NCBI GenBank assembly: GCA_022813865.1
Contig: JALDZX010000020.1
Span: forward strand, 248,001-312,000
DNA: 64,000 nt
Reading direction: 5' to 3'
Source of the DNA: Xylographa opegraphella
Lineage: Eukaryota
How positions within the stretch are numbered: the stretch's first letter is position 1; each line of letters begins with the position of its first letter. Below the pieces are notes generated by a model. It was given only the letters and a program-made list of their open reading frames with translations. It was not told the origin of the DNA and ran no database searches. The position numbers and the translations under genes are program-made. This document shows positions 38,484 through 49,591 of this stretch, in pieces.

Positions 38484-39234
38484 GAACTCGATGGGACACG
38501 AAGTAAGCCCTGCTGCTCCATTCTTCTCGACACAATGGTTTTGGACAGTGATAGCTTCAGTGAAGGACTTGGAAGTCGAACCGGCTTCTACTTACTGATT
38601 TGACCAAGACGTATTATCAGCTCAGGGAGATCTTCTTCTTCAACATCCGGTAAATGGAGGATGCGCAGCATTCCACGTACACTTGGGGCCAGCTGGTCAA
38701 TGACTTTCTCGGCCATTGTTACATTAGTGGTGAGTGCATTATGACAACCGTCGCATGCTATGTTAAGAAACTGCTTCGATGGTCTTCGGTGATTGTTACA
38801 AATGGGTGGTTCTATTACTAAGCATTGTCTGAATCGTCAGACAATCAATCGAAATACTCTGAAACGATGCTTCACAGTCAAACCTCAATCAGAAATCCGA
38901 ACCACCACCTCAGACTTACTTTCTGAGCGCAACTGTTCCATCGTAGAGTCATTGGCGTCTTCATCGAGGTTCTGGTGAAGCTTCGAGTCCGGAATCATTC
39001 CAGCTGTTTCCCAATGCCAAGACTATGCAACGCACGGACCATGTTCATTGAGGTAGCGGATTGACAGAAGGTTTCTGTGTGCGACAATGCAACCTCCGCC
39101 AGCGTCTGCCAGTGTCCGCGAGCATTATAACTCCGCGACACCTTTGCTAACACAACGTAGCGCCTTTTCTAACATGGCCAGGTAGGAGATTCGGTCGACT
39201 TCGTCCCACGACGGGCTCATTGATTCCTCCTCCA

Positions 39235-40506
39235 ATGGCGAGCATCCTCTCCAGTCCCGAATCGTTCGACGATGGGCAGTGGGATCCTTTCGAGGATGAT
39301 ATTCCTAGCCAGCAACAAACACAACAAGCAGACCAGCTTGGCTTCTGTCAGCTCTCTGACTGGGACGAGGGGAAGACCTACAATGAGCACCCGCCAACCT
39401 GCTTACACTACTCGATGGAGTGGAAGCTTAGGATAAACAATAGGGAAGTTTCCAAGGAGACAGAGCAAGATCTAGTGCTAGCACCAGCGTCGTACTGGCG
39501 TCTATTTCTAAAGTCTAAGCTCGAGGAAGTTGTGCTCCACAAGATTAGAACGAAGAAGCGAGACATGAAATCTGAGGATACCAAGATTGTGATGACAGTC
39601 ACACAACAACGCTCCGAACCTCCTCTTACCAAAAGTTTCGATGAAATAAATATTGATTGGTCAGTTGTAGAGACGCAACTCATCACATGGGGATATCTGT
39701 TTCTTGCGGGCAAGAAACTCAGAGTGACCATTTCATTCAATTACAATTACGTAGAGGCAGGTCAGCCATCGGCCACGTCAAAGAATATTAACCAAAGGGG
39801 CTCCACGACCCAACGGATGCTCACTGAGCTAAATACAGAGCTTGATATAGACGAAGGGCTGACTGGGCGACCAGCTATCTGGAAGGCCGTATATGAGACT
39901 ATGCGGTGTCCTGGTTCTCCATGTGATAAAGGACCACATTGCTGGTGTGACCCTGTTGGCAAGAAGCATTACCCGTTAAGGCCACGCCACTTAAAGAGCT
40001 TTATAAGGTTTGTAGAACAAGGTGGCCTTTTGGAGTCACACTCTGATGTGCCGGACTACATCCGTCAGCAATTATATGCAGAAGAACAGCACTCACTTGC
40101 TGCGAAGCGGCAGAAGAACGCTGGCACGTCCGTAGCAAACCTTCCCCCTATCCATATTACGAATACGATGCCCACATCGTCTTGTCAGAGCTGCCAGCGA
40201 AAGCTCTCATCTGATTTTGAGATGCCTCCCCGGAACTCCTCTCTTAGTATCCCTGGGTTTCGTGACAAAGCAGTAGAAGAGTATTGTGCCTGGCACCAAT
40301 CGAAGTTTGAAAATTCAGAGCACAGAGTAGAGTATCAGAAAGCTCAGGACGTAATGAAGGAAAACGCTATGACCTTGTAACTACTCCATCGGGAACCAGA
40401 TCCAGACTTCCTGATCAAGGGAGGCGTCAAGAGGGGGGCTGCGTTACATCTGGTGAATGATATTGAAGAATGGCTTCAGCAATGCAAGCGAGTTAGAACT
40501 GAGTAA
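39235..40506 (+). pseudogene. Cys/His-motif protein convergent with the transposase, with a premature stop
   Basis: ORF from ATG 39235 with CPGSPCDKGPHCWCDPVGKKHY. TAA at 40378-40380 is followed by 41 more open, protein-like codons (LLHREPDPDFLIKGGVKRGAALHLVNDIEEW...) to TAA 40506. Confidence 0.65.
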
Positions 40507-40583
40507 TGACCAGGAGAAAGCTATAGATAGGTGCATGGATCTAGTCTGATTTTCTTGGTCTTAAATTTAAGTTATGTCTGATC

Positions 40584-41560
40584 TTACAGCTCATCCATTT
40601 TCAAACCTGCGTGTCGGAAGTGGCCCTGGGCACTTTGTTCCCGTTTCCCAACCACGTCAACGCACCACTCCAAAAAGTGATCAAAGCCTTGGCTTGGATT
40701 GGCTTCGTAGACTTGCCAGTGCCGTTTAATGAATGCTTTTAGTTCTGCAAAGAATTCTTCGATCGGATTGAGATCCGGAGAGTATGGTGGCAGATATAGA
40801 AGTTTAACCCCAGCATCAGCACACATCTGCGTGATTCGATCTGTGTGGTGAAAAGATGCATTATCCATGACCAAGACCGACTTTGGCTCTGGCCATCTAC
40901 CACATAACGGCAGCAACTGACGAATGAAATCCTCAAAGAATTCGCTATCTGTCGTACCCTGGAAGATACGACTAAAAATGATCCCATCCACTGTGTATGC
41001 TGGCAGTATTTGGTATCGTTGTTCACGTTGAAATCGAGCGATTTGAACAGGAGTTGTTCTACTGGGGGACCAGCCAGTCCGCTGGAAACCAATACGTTTG
41101 TCGTAGCCGGATTCACTACAAAGACAAAGTGCTTGGGGGAGAGACTTGAAATCTGGTATAGATAGTGGTCACGTAGATCCGTATTCCGTCCATTTGCAAT
41201 GCGACGGATTTGCTTCTTAGTCTAGCCCCTTGAATGTAGCGCTCTTCCAATACTAGAAGCTGTTACAAGGACATCGAACTCGTCTGCCAGAAAGAGTATC
41301 ATTTCAGACTGATACAGTCCAGATTTTTCTAGCAAATGTTCACAAAGCGCGTCTAACATAGCAGGTGTGATGCTTCGCTTTCGCCCTCCCCCGTTTCGAG
41401 GGGCTTGAGGGGCGCCATAATGTCGGATATTTGACTGTATCCTTCGTACCCCACGAGCACTACAGTTAGCTGCTGTTGCGATCTCAGAATTAGTGAATGA
41501 GCTGCTTGAAATCATGTCAGTTATCAAAGTAACTTGCGACTTCGCAAGACGTGGTGCCAT
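40584..41560 (-). pseudogene. Tc1/mariner-IS630 superfamily transposase (HTH + DDE, DD34E), inactivated
   Basis: N-terminal HTH region, FVFV[D]ESG, VLVMDNASFH-x-LPPYSPDLNPIEE (34 residues between D and E). TAG at 41224-41222 and a 1-nt deletion in the first catalytic Asp codon (about 41115). Confidence 0.92.
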
Positions 41561-41608
41561 CTCTGGCTGACTGCTGTTGAGCAGGAGGAGTTGTTGAGAG
41601 TTACCAAA

Positions 41609-41767
41609 GTCAGCACAGAGCCAAAATCAAAAGCAGCAAATTAAAACCTAAGGCTGAAACTAAGTAAGTGCCGAAACTAGCCGTGTTAGGCTTAGTGCTC
41701 ATTGTGGTGTGGCTTATGCAAATCTACAGACAGTAGATAAAGAGGACACTGCAATAGAATCCCACTG
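41609..41767 (-). repeat. Right terminal inverted repeat
   Basis: Reverse complement begins CAGTGGGATTCTATTGCAGTGTCCTCTTTATC. Its inner end lies about 50 nt upstream of the transposase ATG. Confidence 0.85.
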
Positions 41768-41809
41768 TAGAAGGCGTGTTTAATTCATGTTATTATTTCA
41801 CCTACAGAC
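41768..41809 (+). mobile_element. Continuation of the older interrupted LTR
   Basis: GAAGGCGTGTTTAATTCATGTTAT matches GAAGGCGTGTTCAACTCATGTTAT in the solo LTR, just downstream of where the 31293 fragment stops. Confidence 0.75.
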
Positions 41810-42176
41810 TGTTAAGGTTCTCACCTTCACAGGGTAAGGCCGGAGGACGGAGGAGTCATCCCACCGTGCTCCTAGGCCTCGGCACAGGACCACTATGCAG
41901 GGTGCTCCTGGTGCTCCTGGTGCTCCTCCTAGGAGCACCTAGAGCACAGAGAACAGGACTTCTATATCGAGCGGAGGATTCCCTTTGTTATGGAAGGCGT
42001 GTTCAACTCATGTTATGATCTAGCTTATAGACTAAGAACCTTCAATACAATTCTGTACGAAGACTATTATTTCTTTAAGAACGATAAGCCTGTTACTGTG
42101 CCTTCCTATTCACTTATTGACGAATCCAACCCAGATCCTTGATTGAACTGTACCAGTGAGATTCAGGATCGTAACA
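41810..42176 (+). mobile_element. Solo LTR (367 bp) with 5-bp target-site duplication
   Basis: TGTTA...TAACA termini and CAGAC at 41805-41809 and 42177-42181. Internal (GGTGCTCCT)x3 with an inverted AGGAGCACC copy. Confidence 0.9.
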
Positions 42177-42773
42177 CAGACTAAGGGTATCTACTCATCA
42201 AATCCAAGACACGTGATCGATTGTGCGGTTCCTATCTAATCGCACGGCTCCGACGTCACTCTTTTCGCGTTTGTGCACTTCGCGACTTAGCTCCGACCTT
42301 AAATTCGCGACCGCGTCTCCACGCCTCTTTTGCCAAACATGATCCCCAAACCTTGACCCACAGACCCGGAACACCATCTGTACGCGCGACGTTTTGTTGG
42401 TGTGCACACCACCCATTGTCGGAAAGCATCCAATCACAGAATCCCCTATCCACACCCACTGTGCATTACATAGCCTTGGTTTATTTACAAGTTGCTATAC
42501 CTACCACTCACCACTTGCCGTCGATGCGTGTATTCTGTATCTTATAAGACAGAGATGGAGGGAAAAGAGTAGGTTACGGATTCAAACGTCCATTCTGCGA
42601 AGTTTTGAAAAACTGATCAGGGTCCTGTCACAGCTCCTTCCACGCGAAGACGAAATCTGCAAAGCCCGATCAGCCAGGCAAAGCTACCACCTATTGGGCT
42701 GGTGTGCTGATGTGCGACAAGAATACTGCGGGGCCAAAGACTGAAGAGGATTATCTCTGGGTTAAATGTCATC

Positions 42774-45700
42774 ATGTATGTAGTCCTGAATGACATTGAG
42801 CCTCGTGTGAAGCTTTCAAAGACTGACTGGCTAAAGAGGGTGACGGCTGATAAAATCCTTCAACAATACAAAGCAAGAAATCCCACGGAAGACGTCGTTC
42901 TAAGGAGCAACGGCCGTATTGTTGGCAATGAGACGATGAAAATGCTGGATGTGCATGGTGACCAGGTTATTGCTTTCGAGGGCATCAAAAGATCGGATGT
43001 ACACGTACCAGCTGCCGGTACCACCTCGCGAAAGCCACTCCATCCAAGCGGACGGCAAATATCTCAGCCACGTGTCTTATCACCAGAGCCAGCCTCGTTA
43101 GCTTCAGATGTGAAGAAAGAACAGAAGTCGCTGTTCCCAAACGCGAAGGTTCACGGACATCTTCGCAGTCCCAGCAAACCTAAAGTTAAGTCGGAAGATG
43201 CCTACCGCTATCGCACTGACACAACCAACGAGAACATACCGCCTTCCTCCAAGATCTCACCTTCATCACAGCTTGCAACCGCGGCTACAGCCTCACCATC
43301 AATGAGGCCAGTACCTCAAACCTTCCATCAAGCCAGCAATGAAGGCGGTACTGGACCGTTTCCGACCGAGATGACGGGATGGGCAGTCAATCCGCCGTTC
43401 ATGAGGTACCTACAGCTATGTCACATCAGCTGGAAATCGCGAATTGTTGGCCTCCCTGAAGAAAGAATTCAAAGTCTAGCATGGGAGTCATGGAGATTAC
43501 TCACCTGAGGATGTTCCTGCACCCTCATTACTGGATCGAATTAGTTCATCATCAACCATTCACTCTTCCCTTCCACCCCATCAATCGTCAGGTGGCGTGT
43601 CGCATTCCGTACGACCAAATAAGATAGACAAATCGGATATCGGATTCATGACCTGGCTTGCGAAAATGCGTGAAACGCATCTTCCAGTGAATGAGAGAGA
43701 TAAAGCAGCCCAAGAGCAAAAGGCCTGGGTGTCTTGGATGATGTTTACTCCTGAGCAACGAGGAGCATACTCTGCTTCTGTAGCCTCCAGTTCTCAGCAG
43801 AACTTGGAGAATGATGCTATGTCTGAAATTGATTTCAAAGATCAATTCGCCACGAAAGTCGAGTCGACAAGTCAGACTGAGGACCAGCAGGCAAAAACGT
43901 TTCAGCTTCAGAACCTCATAGCTGATGCTAGTCTTGACGTTTTGGAGAAGAGTGTCGAAAGAGGTGTGAAGTTCCTCGATGATTTGAAGGGGCCTCTTCT
44001 AGAAAAGGTCGAAAGTAGTGAAGACGCAAAACAGTGGGTGCAGCAAATTGACAAGCTTCGAAACCAAGCTGTGAAGACCAGAACCGTTATCGGTGTGGTA
44101 GGGAACACTGGCGCGGGTAAGAGCTCGGTGATCAATGCGATGTTGGACGAAGAACGATTAGTGTAAGTTGAATCGCACATCGACAATGAACGCAACTGTA
44201 GAACCACTCTAACATTTGGCAGACCTACTAATACCATGAGAGCCTGTACCGCTGTTGTAACCGAGTTGTCCTACAACTATGACGATGACGCCTATCGTGC
44301 TGAGATTGAGTTCATCACGATTGCAGACTGGGAAAAGGAGTTGCAGATCCTTTTCAAGGATCTATTGGACGATAATGGGAATGTTTCTCGTGACTGTGCA
44401 AATCCGGATACCGATGCTGGTATTGCGTACGCCAAAATCAAAGCCGTCTACCCGAAAAAGACCAAGGAAGATATCAGCAACAGCAATATCAAGGGGATGT
44501 TGCAAGACGTTTCCCACCTCTTGGGAAACACTAGGAAAATCAGGGAGAGCGATTCGCTGATGTTCTACGAACGCCTGCAGCATTTCGTGGACAGCAAGGA
44601 AAAGGTGACAGGCAAGAAGGATAAAGACAAGAAGAATGAACCCAAAGAAATGGAGTTCTGGCCATTGATTAAAGTTGTCAGGATTTTTGTGAAGTCCCCT
44701 GCTTTGGCAACAGGTGCTGTCATCGTGGATCTTCCAGGAGTTCACGATGCCAATGCTGCGAGAGCGGCAGTTGCAGAAGGATATATGAAACAATGTACCG
44801 GGCTGTGGATTGTGGCTCCCATCATTCGTGCAGTTGACGACAAGGCTGCCAAGAATCTTCTTGGAGAATCTTTCAAAAGACAGCTCAAGATGGATGGCGG
44901 TTTCAGTTCGGTCACCTTCATTTGTAGCAAGACCGACGACATTAGCTTGACGGAAGCTTCTGACTCTCTCGGGCTTGACGAAGTGAATGGTCCTGCTTGG
45001 GAAGAAATGGATGGGTATGCTAAGAAGCAAAAAGAACTGAAGAAAGAGCTAGAAGTATTAGGTCAGACCAAGACCGTATACGGTGAGACCGTGGCGGACG
45101 TTGACGAACAACTCGAGCTCTGGGAGGAACTCGAAGCTAAGATCAAAGACGGAAATACAGTTTATCCTCCGAATCATGACAAGAAACGCAAAAAGAGTGC
45201 TGCGGAAAGTCCAAGAAAGAAAGCCAAACTTTCGCGTGACGATGATGACGATGACTTTATAGATGATGAAGAAGAGGTCGTGGAGGAGGATGACGACGTG
45301 GAAGAGGAGGACGAGACCACATCCAGTACAAATCCTCCTTTGACTGAAGAACAAATCACGTCCAAGATCTCCGAGTTACGGACAACAAAGAAGGAGGGTC
45401 GTCGACAGCGTACAGAACTGGACCAGAAGATGAAAGCAATCCGAACAGAGATTGCTGCTGCTAAAGTAGCAGAGGAAAGAATCGAAAGCCAAATTTCCAA
45501 GGTTTGTATCGAGGGAAGGAATGCTTATAGCAAAAGTGCTATTCAACTAGATTTTGCAGGTAAAGTTTTTATTACGCAGTCTATGGGTTTTGTGTCCATG
45601 CTAACTGGTGCCTTAGCTGGAATGAAGGAACTTGATCAGGAAATCGCCGCTGAGGACGACGAGGAGAATTTCGATCCCGAAGCGGACATCCGTGATTACG

Positions 45701-47667
45701 ATGAAGTGGCCCGTTCTCTTCCCGTCTTTTGTGTCTCATCCCGTGGATACCAAAAACTACAGGGTCGGCTCAAGAAGGACCCAGCCGTGCCAGGGTTCCA
45801 ATCACTCGAACAGACCGAAATTCCTCAGCTTCAAGCACACTGCAAGCAACTGACTGTTGCAGGTAGGACGACAGCATGCAAGCGCTTCATGACAAACTTG
45901 AGTCAGTTGTTGAATTCCATGAACCTCTGGGCGTCAAATGACGGTACGGGTGCGAATCTCATGCCGGAAAAGCGGGCCAAGGAGGCTAAATTCTTGCAAA
46001 AAAGTCTGGAGAATCTCGAGAGTGTAAGCGGCCCTCAGCTGAAGTAGGATCTCCGTCTGTAGAACTCTTGAACTGGCACAGTCAACCCTTTTTCTCTCTC
46101 TCTTTGATGTACCCCCACCACATTTCTTCATGCCTAAACCCTTACTTACCATCCTCGCGTTCCATTTCTTTCGACTCTGACTAATCTACCTAGCGCCTCA
46201 CTAACCCAATCCCCTTTGTAGGGCCTTGAAAAGATTATTTCGACAGTTGTCAACGATCTCAAAGAGGAGCTCGCCGACAACATCTTTGACAAATATGAGA
46301 CAGCAGTCCCCCATGCCCTGGTCAAGGCAACCCGGACTTGCACTGACTGGGGCCGACCTGTCAATCGCGAAGACAGAGCGGCCGGTGGTTACTTCTGGTC
46401 AAGCTACAAGGCCGTCTGCCGACGGAACGGAGTCTACGCCAACGCGCAAGGCCCACACGACTGGTAAGGACTGTTGCTCCCGATGGACCTAGAATGTTAT
46501 TGTTGACCGATCAATAGGAACCAAGCCCTGTCGGATCCTATGCTGAAGACTCTTGCTGGTGGGTGGGAGCGAACCTTCACCCGTCGTGCTCCGGCAGTCC
46601 TTGCTGGTCTTGCTAAGAACGCTGGCAACTTGTTCAGCGCTTTCCACCAAGACATCGATGCGCGCGCACGTAGAACAGGCGCCAGTGTTGCAGGACTGCA
46701 CATGTTGCAGCAGCAGCTCCAAGTTTATGGGGACATCTTCAAAGATTTGTTTGCCACTACCAAGGAGAGTATTGATAACCAGCAAAAGGATATTAATCGT
46801 GAATTTGTTCCAGTAATTGAGAAGGCAATGGCCGAAGCTTACGAGATATGCACCAATGAGAGAGGTGAGTTATATCTATTGCACAAAGTGCAACAACTGA
46901 CAAGGTGGTAAGGATCTGGATCGTATGCCCGAATGAAGGCTGCCATGAATGCACATGTCGAGAGACAGAGACATACAATGTTCGCAGACAGCACCAAGGA
47001 AGTGCAGAAGAAATTGAAAGCCATGCTTCGCGGAGTGGAAGAAACCATGTCAAACAAGGCTGATGAGGTCTTCATTGCGATGAGTCGAGACTACCGATCC
47101 GTTCTCGGTGGCGGAGACGTCCCTCATGGAGAGATGATGCCCAAGTGGCAGCGTGCAATGCGTAGGGAAGTCAAAGGCGTTATCAACAAAGCAGAGAAGA
47201 TATTCAAGAGGATAGCGGGGATGGAAGTCGAGGATGACGAGGATGACGAGGACGAATCTGAAGTTGCAGCGTTGGGCCGTGCTGGTAGCCCATCGTCTGA
47301 TGAACGGGTCAAGCAAGAGGAGAACCATGGGTCGGAAATGCAAGGCATCGTCTCCGGAGATACTGCTGTCAAGGCCGAGAATGAAGCAGGCTCCCCATCA
47401 GCCGGCATCGACTATGGTCCTGATGTTAAGATGGAAGTGAACGATGAAGATTCGGGTGAGGAGGACGCTGCACCCGCTGAAAGAGACGAAGAAGCCTCCG
47501 CTTCCGCCCATCATAGTGCAAGGTCGTCGCTTGAGGCAAATGAGCACGAGTCATCACCAGAGGTTCAGCAAGCCTGCAATCAAGAATCGACCACGAGCGA
47601 CGAAGATGATGCATATGACAGCGTGGCAGGCCTCTCGGAGGAGAGCTCTGTCGAAGACGACGCCTGA
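42774..47667 (+). CDS. Dynamin-superfamily / SLIP-GC-like large GTPase, multi-exon, with a frame break near 43500
   Basis: G1 GNTGAGKS, G2 PTNTMRACT, G3 VDLPG, G4-like SKTD, coiled coils and an acidic tail. Introns at about 44163-44222, 45560-45617, 46024-46221, 46464-46517 and 46865-46912. Confidence 0.8.
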
Positions 47668-48378
47668 CCGGGGTTCAAGATGGTTTGTAGCCCGATTTCA
47701 TTGTACATAATTGCGTTCTCTCCCGATCACTCTTCGCAGCTGGGAGGAAAGTGGGGGGGTGGGGGGGGGGGGGTTTCCGCCAGCGGATATCTTCTGGCAT
47801 TTACATTTTTTGATGCTGGATGCTCACTAGGGTAATCGACTTGGTGCTAAATAGAGAATGTGATCGGGGGGGGGTGTTATTGTGGGATGTGTGAGGGTGT
47901 TGGGGTTTTTGGGTACTGGTTGTGAGGTTGATGGGGGTTAGTGGGTTTTGGGTGTGAGATGGGTGGAGGAGTGGGGGAGGAAGGGAAGTGAGGGTAAGGT
48001 GGCGCACTGAGGGATTTAATATCGATGTTTGCGGACAATCAGATGGCGAAGGGGGCGCGAATATCAGAAGCAGGATTGTTTCGAGGAAGAGTGAGACTTG
48101 CAACAATGGGGAATATAGGCCGGTTGTTGCAAGCGTCCTTTGTCTCGCAATTCAGAAGCCTTGTCCTGTGGCATATAGTGTCTTCAGAGCTCTCAGCTTC
48201 CCAATCTTTTTTCTTTTTTGGCCTTTCCAACTTCCCATTTCCAAAGCCATTCGATCTCGGCAATCGAAGGAATTCCCAACAACCACTTATCTCCACAGCA
48301 CGGCCATCAAACTCAATGCTCCTAAGTCTCCTTTCCCGAAACCACTTCTCCCCCCCCCCGCCCCAACACACCCACACA

Positions 48379-48768
48379 ATGCGCGAAATACCTCCCTCGA
48401 GCTATACGGAGGACATGCAGCCACCGCACGCGCCCGAAAACTGCGAGGAGTACACGCCGGAGGCGTGCGAGCTGTACCACCAACACGACCTGGCCTACAT
48501 CAAGATCTCCCACAAGATGGCGGAGCGCGCGTACAAGGACGCCGCGGCGGGCCTGCCGGAGGCCATGAAAGCGTACGAGGACGCGAAAAAGGCGGGGCGG
48601 GACGAGGTGATGAGGAGCATTAAAGAGGCCAAAGAGGCCGTTACGGCGATGATCGCGGCGGGGCAGGAGAGGGCTAAGAGGCTGAGGCGGAAGAGGGAGA
48701 TGGTTGCTGCTGCGATGGGGAGGCTGGATACGTACTTCGATGAGCTTGATGAGCTTGAGGAGCTTTGA
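48379..48768 (+). CDS. Small hypothetical helical/coiled-coil protein (129 aa)
   Basis: CACA-ATG context and strong G/C third-position bias like the neighbouring real genes. No recognised family. Confidence 0.55.
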   Translation: MREIPPSSYTEDMQPPHAPENCEEYTPEACELYHQHDLAYIKISHKMAERAYKDAAAGLPEAMKAYEDAKKAGRDEVMRSIKEAKEAVTAMIAAGQERAKRLRRKREMVAAAMGRLDTYFDELDELEEL

Positions 48769-49591
48769 GGCGGGGTTGATCGTGGGCTGGACCGTGGGTT
48801 GAGACGGGGAGGGGAGGAGAAGGGATGTAGATTGATTACTAGTCTTCGGGAATAAATTTAACTGGTAGTCCTTGAAAGTAGATTAACTGGCAGTCCTCGA
48901 AATTAGACTGCGAATTCATTACGCGAGGCTCGGGCTTGTGATTCGTCAATATTGAAAATCCAGGAATGCTCCAACGGTATCCGGACGCTCGGGAATTTGT
49001 AGTATGTGATCGAGGACAATGTTTGTGCTCCTCGAATCTTACCACGGCCAGGAAGCATCGCCACCAGCAGCTCAGGATAGAAGCAGGTTCTGCTTATCCC
49101 GTTCAGCCTTCCAGACACCCGAGAAGGGTAATCATCTATAATCCAGGAGCAATTAGTCAAACTAGAACAGCATTCCTTTATCAAGCCGTGAGTGCTTCCA
49201 CGGTAAATGGTGGAGGATCGAAATTACTCTTGTTTGAATCTCACTTATTCGAACGATAATTGCTTAGTCTCAACCGATGTTGTGTTGAAAGCCTTGAGGC
49301 AGGCCGTCGGGCGCCCAGGGTTCGAGCTAGGACTATCCTAGCCCCAAGGCTGCGACACAGCCCTCGGCCTAGGGCGCGAGCTAAAGCTTCTAAGCCTCAT
49401 GAAGGCGTGGGCAATATAGCTCTGATAGGCTAAGGTACACACCACCATAAACGATTCGTTCTCCTCTGCGGCCTCAATCACGAGGCGGCTGGTTCTTACG
49501 GCCAATATTCGCAGCCATGGATTTTTATCCTTTGCTACACCCAACAGCCCTCAAGCTACTCCCAGGAACTTTACTTCGATAAGACCAATTC

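Larger units (their letters stand above)
31445..41767 (-). mobile_element. 10.3-kb cargo-carrying Tc1/mariner (DD34E, Ant1-like) DNA transposon, now non-autonomous
   Basis: TA|CAGTGG...CCACTG|TA ends, long imperfect TIRs, a transposase pseudogene beside the right TIR, and flanks that rejoin into a colinear LTR. Confidence 0.85.

Noticed and set aside
36325..41560. Premature TAG/TAA codons as A-to-I editing or readthrough targets
   Set aside because: The transposase and SET-like genes also carry frameshifts, so ordinary decay or RIP is the simpler explanation.
31445..41767. Starship element
   Set aside because: No DUF3435 tyrosine-recombinase captain gene. The ends are TIRs flanked by TA and the mobiliser is a DDE transposase.
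31293..42176. Full-length LTR retrotransposon bounded by the two similar LTR starts
   Set aside because: No gag, RT, RNase H or integrase between them. The right LTR has its own CAGAC duplication on both sides, and the left copy continues at 41768, so it is an interrupted LTR.
47752..47773. G-run as a functional G-quadruplex
   Set aside because: Similar homopolymer G/C tracts occur throughout the window, and nothing indicates a specific function here.
49315..49345. tRNA suggested by GGGTTCGAG and a small hairpin
   Set aside because: No T-stem pairing, D arm or acceptor stem.
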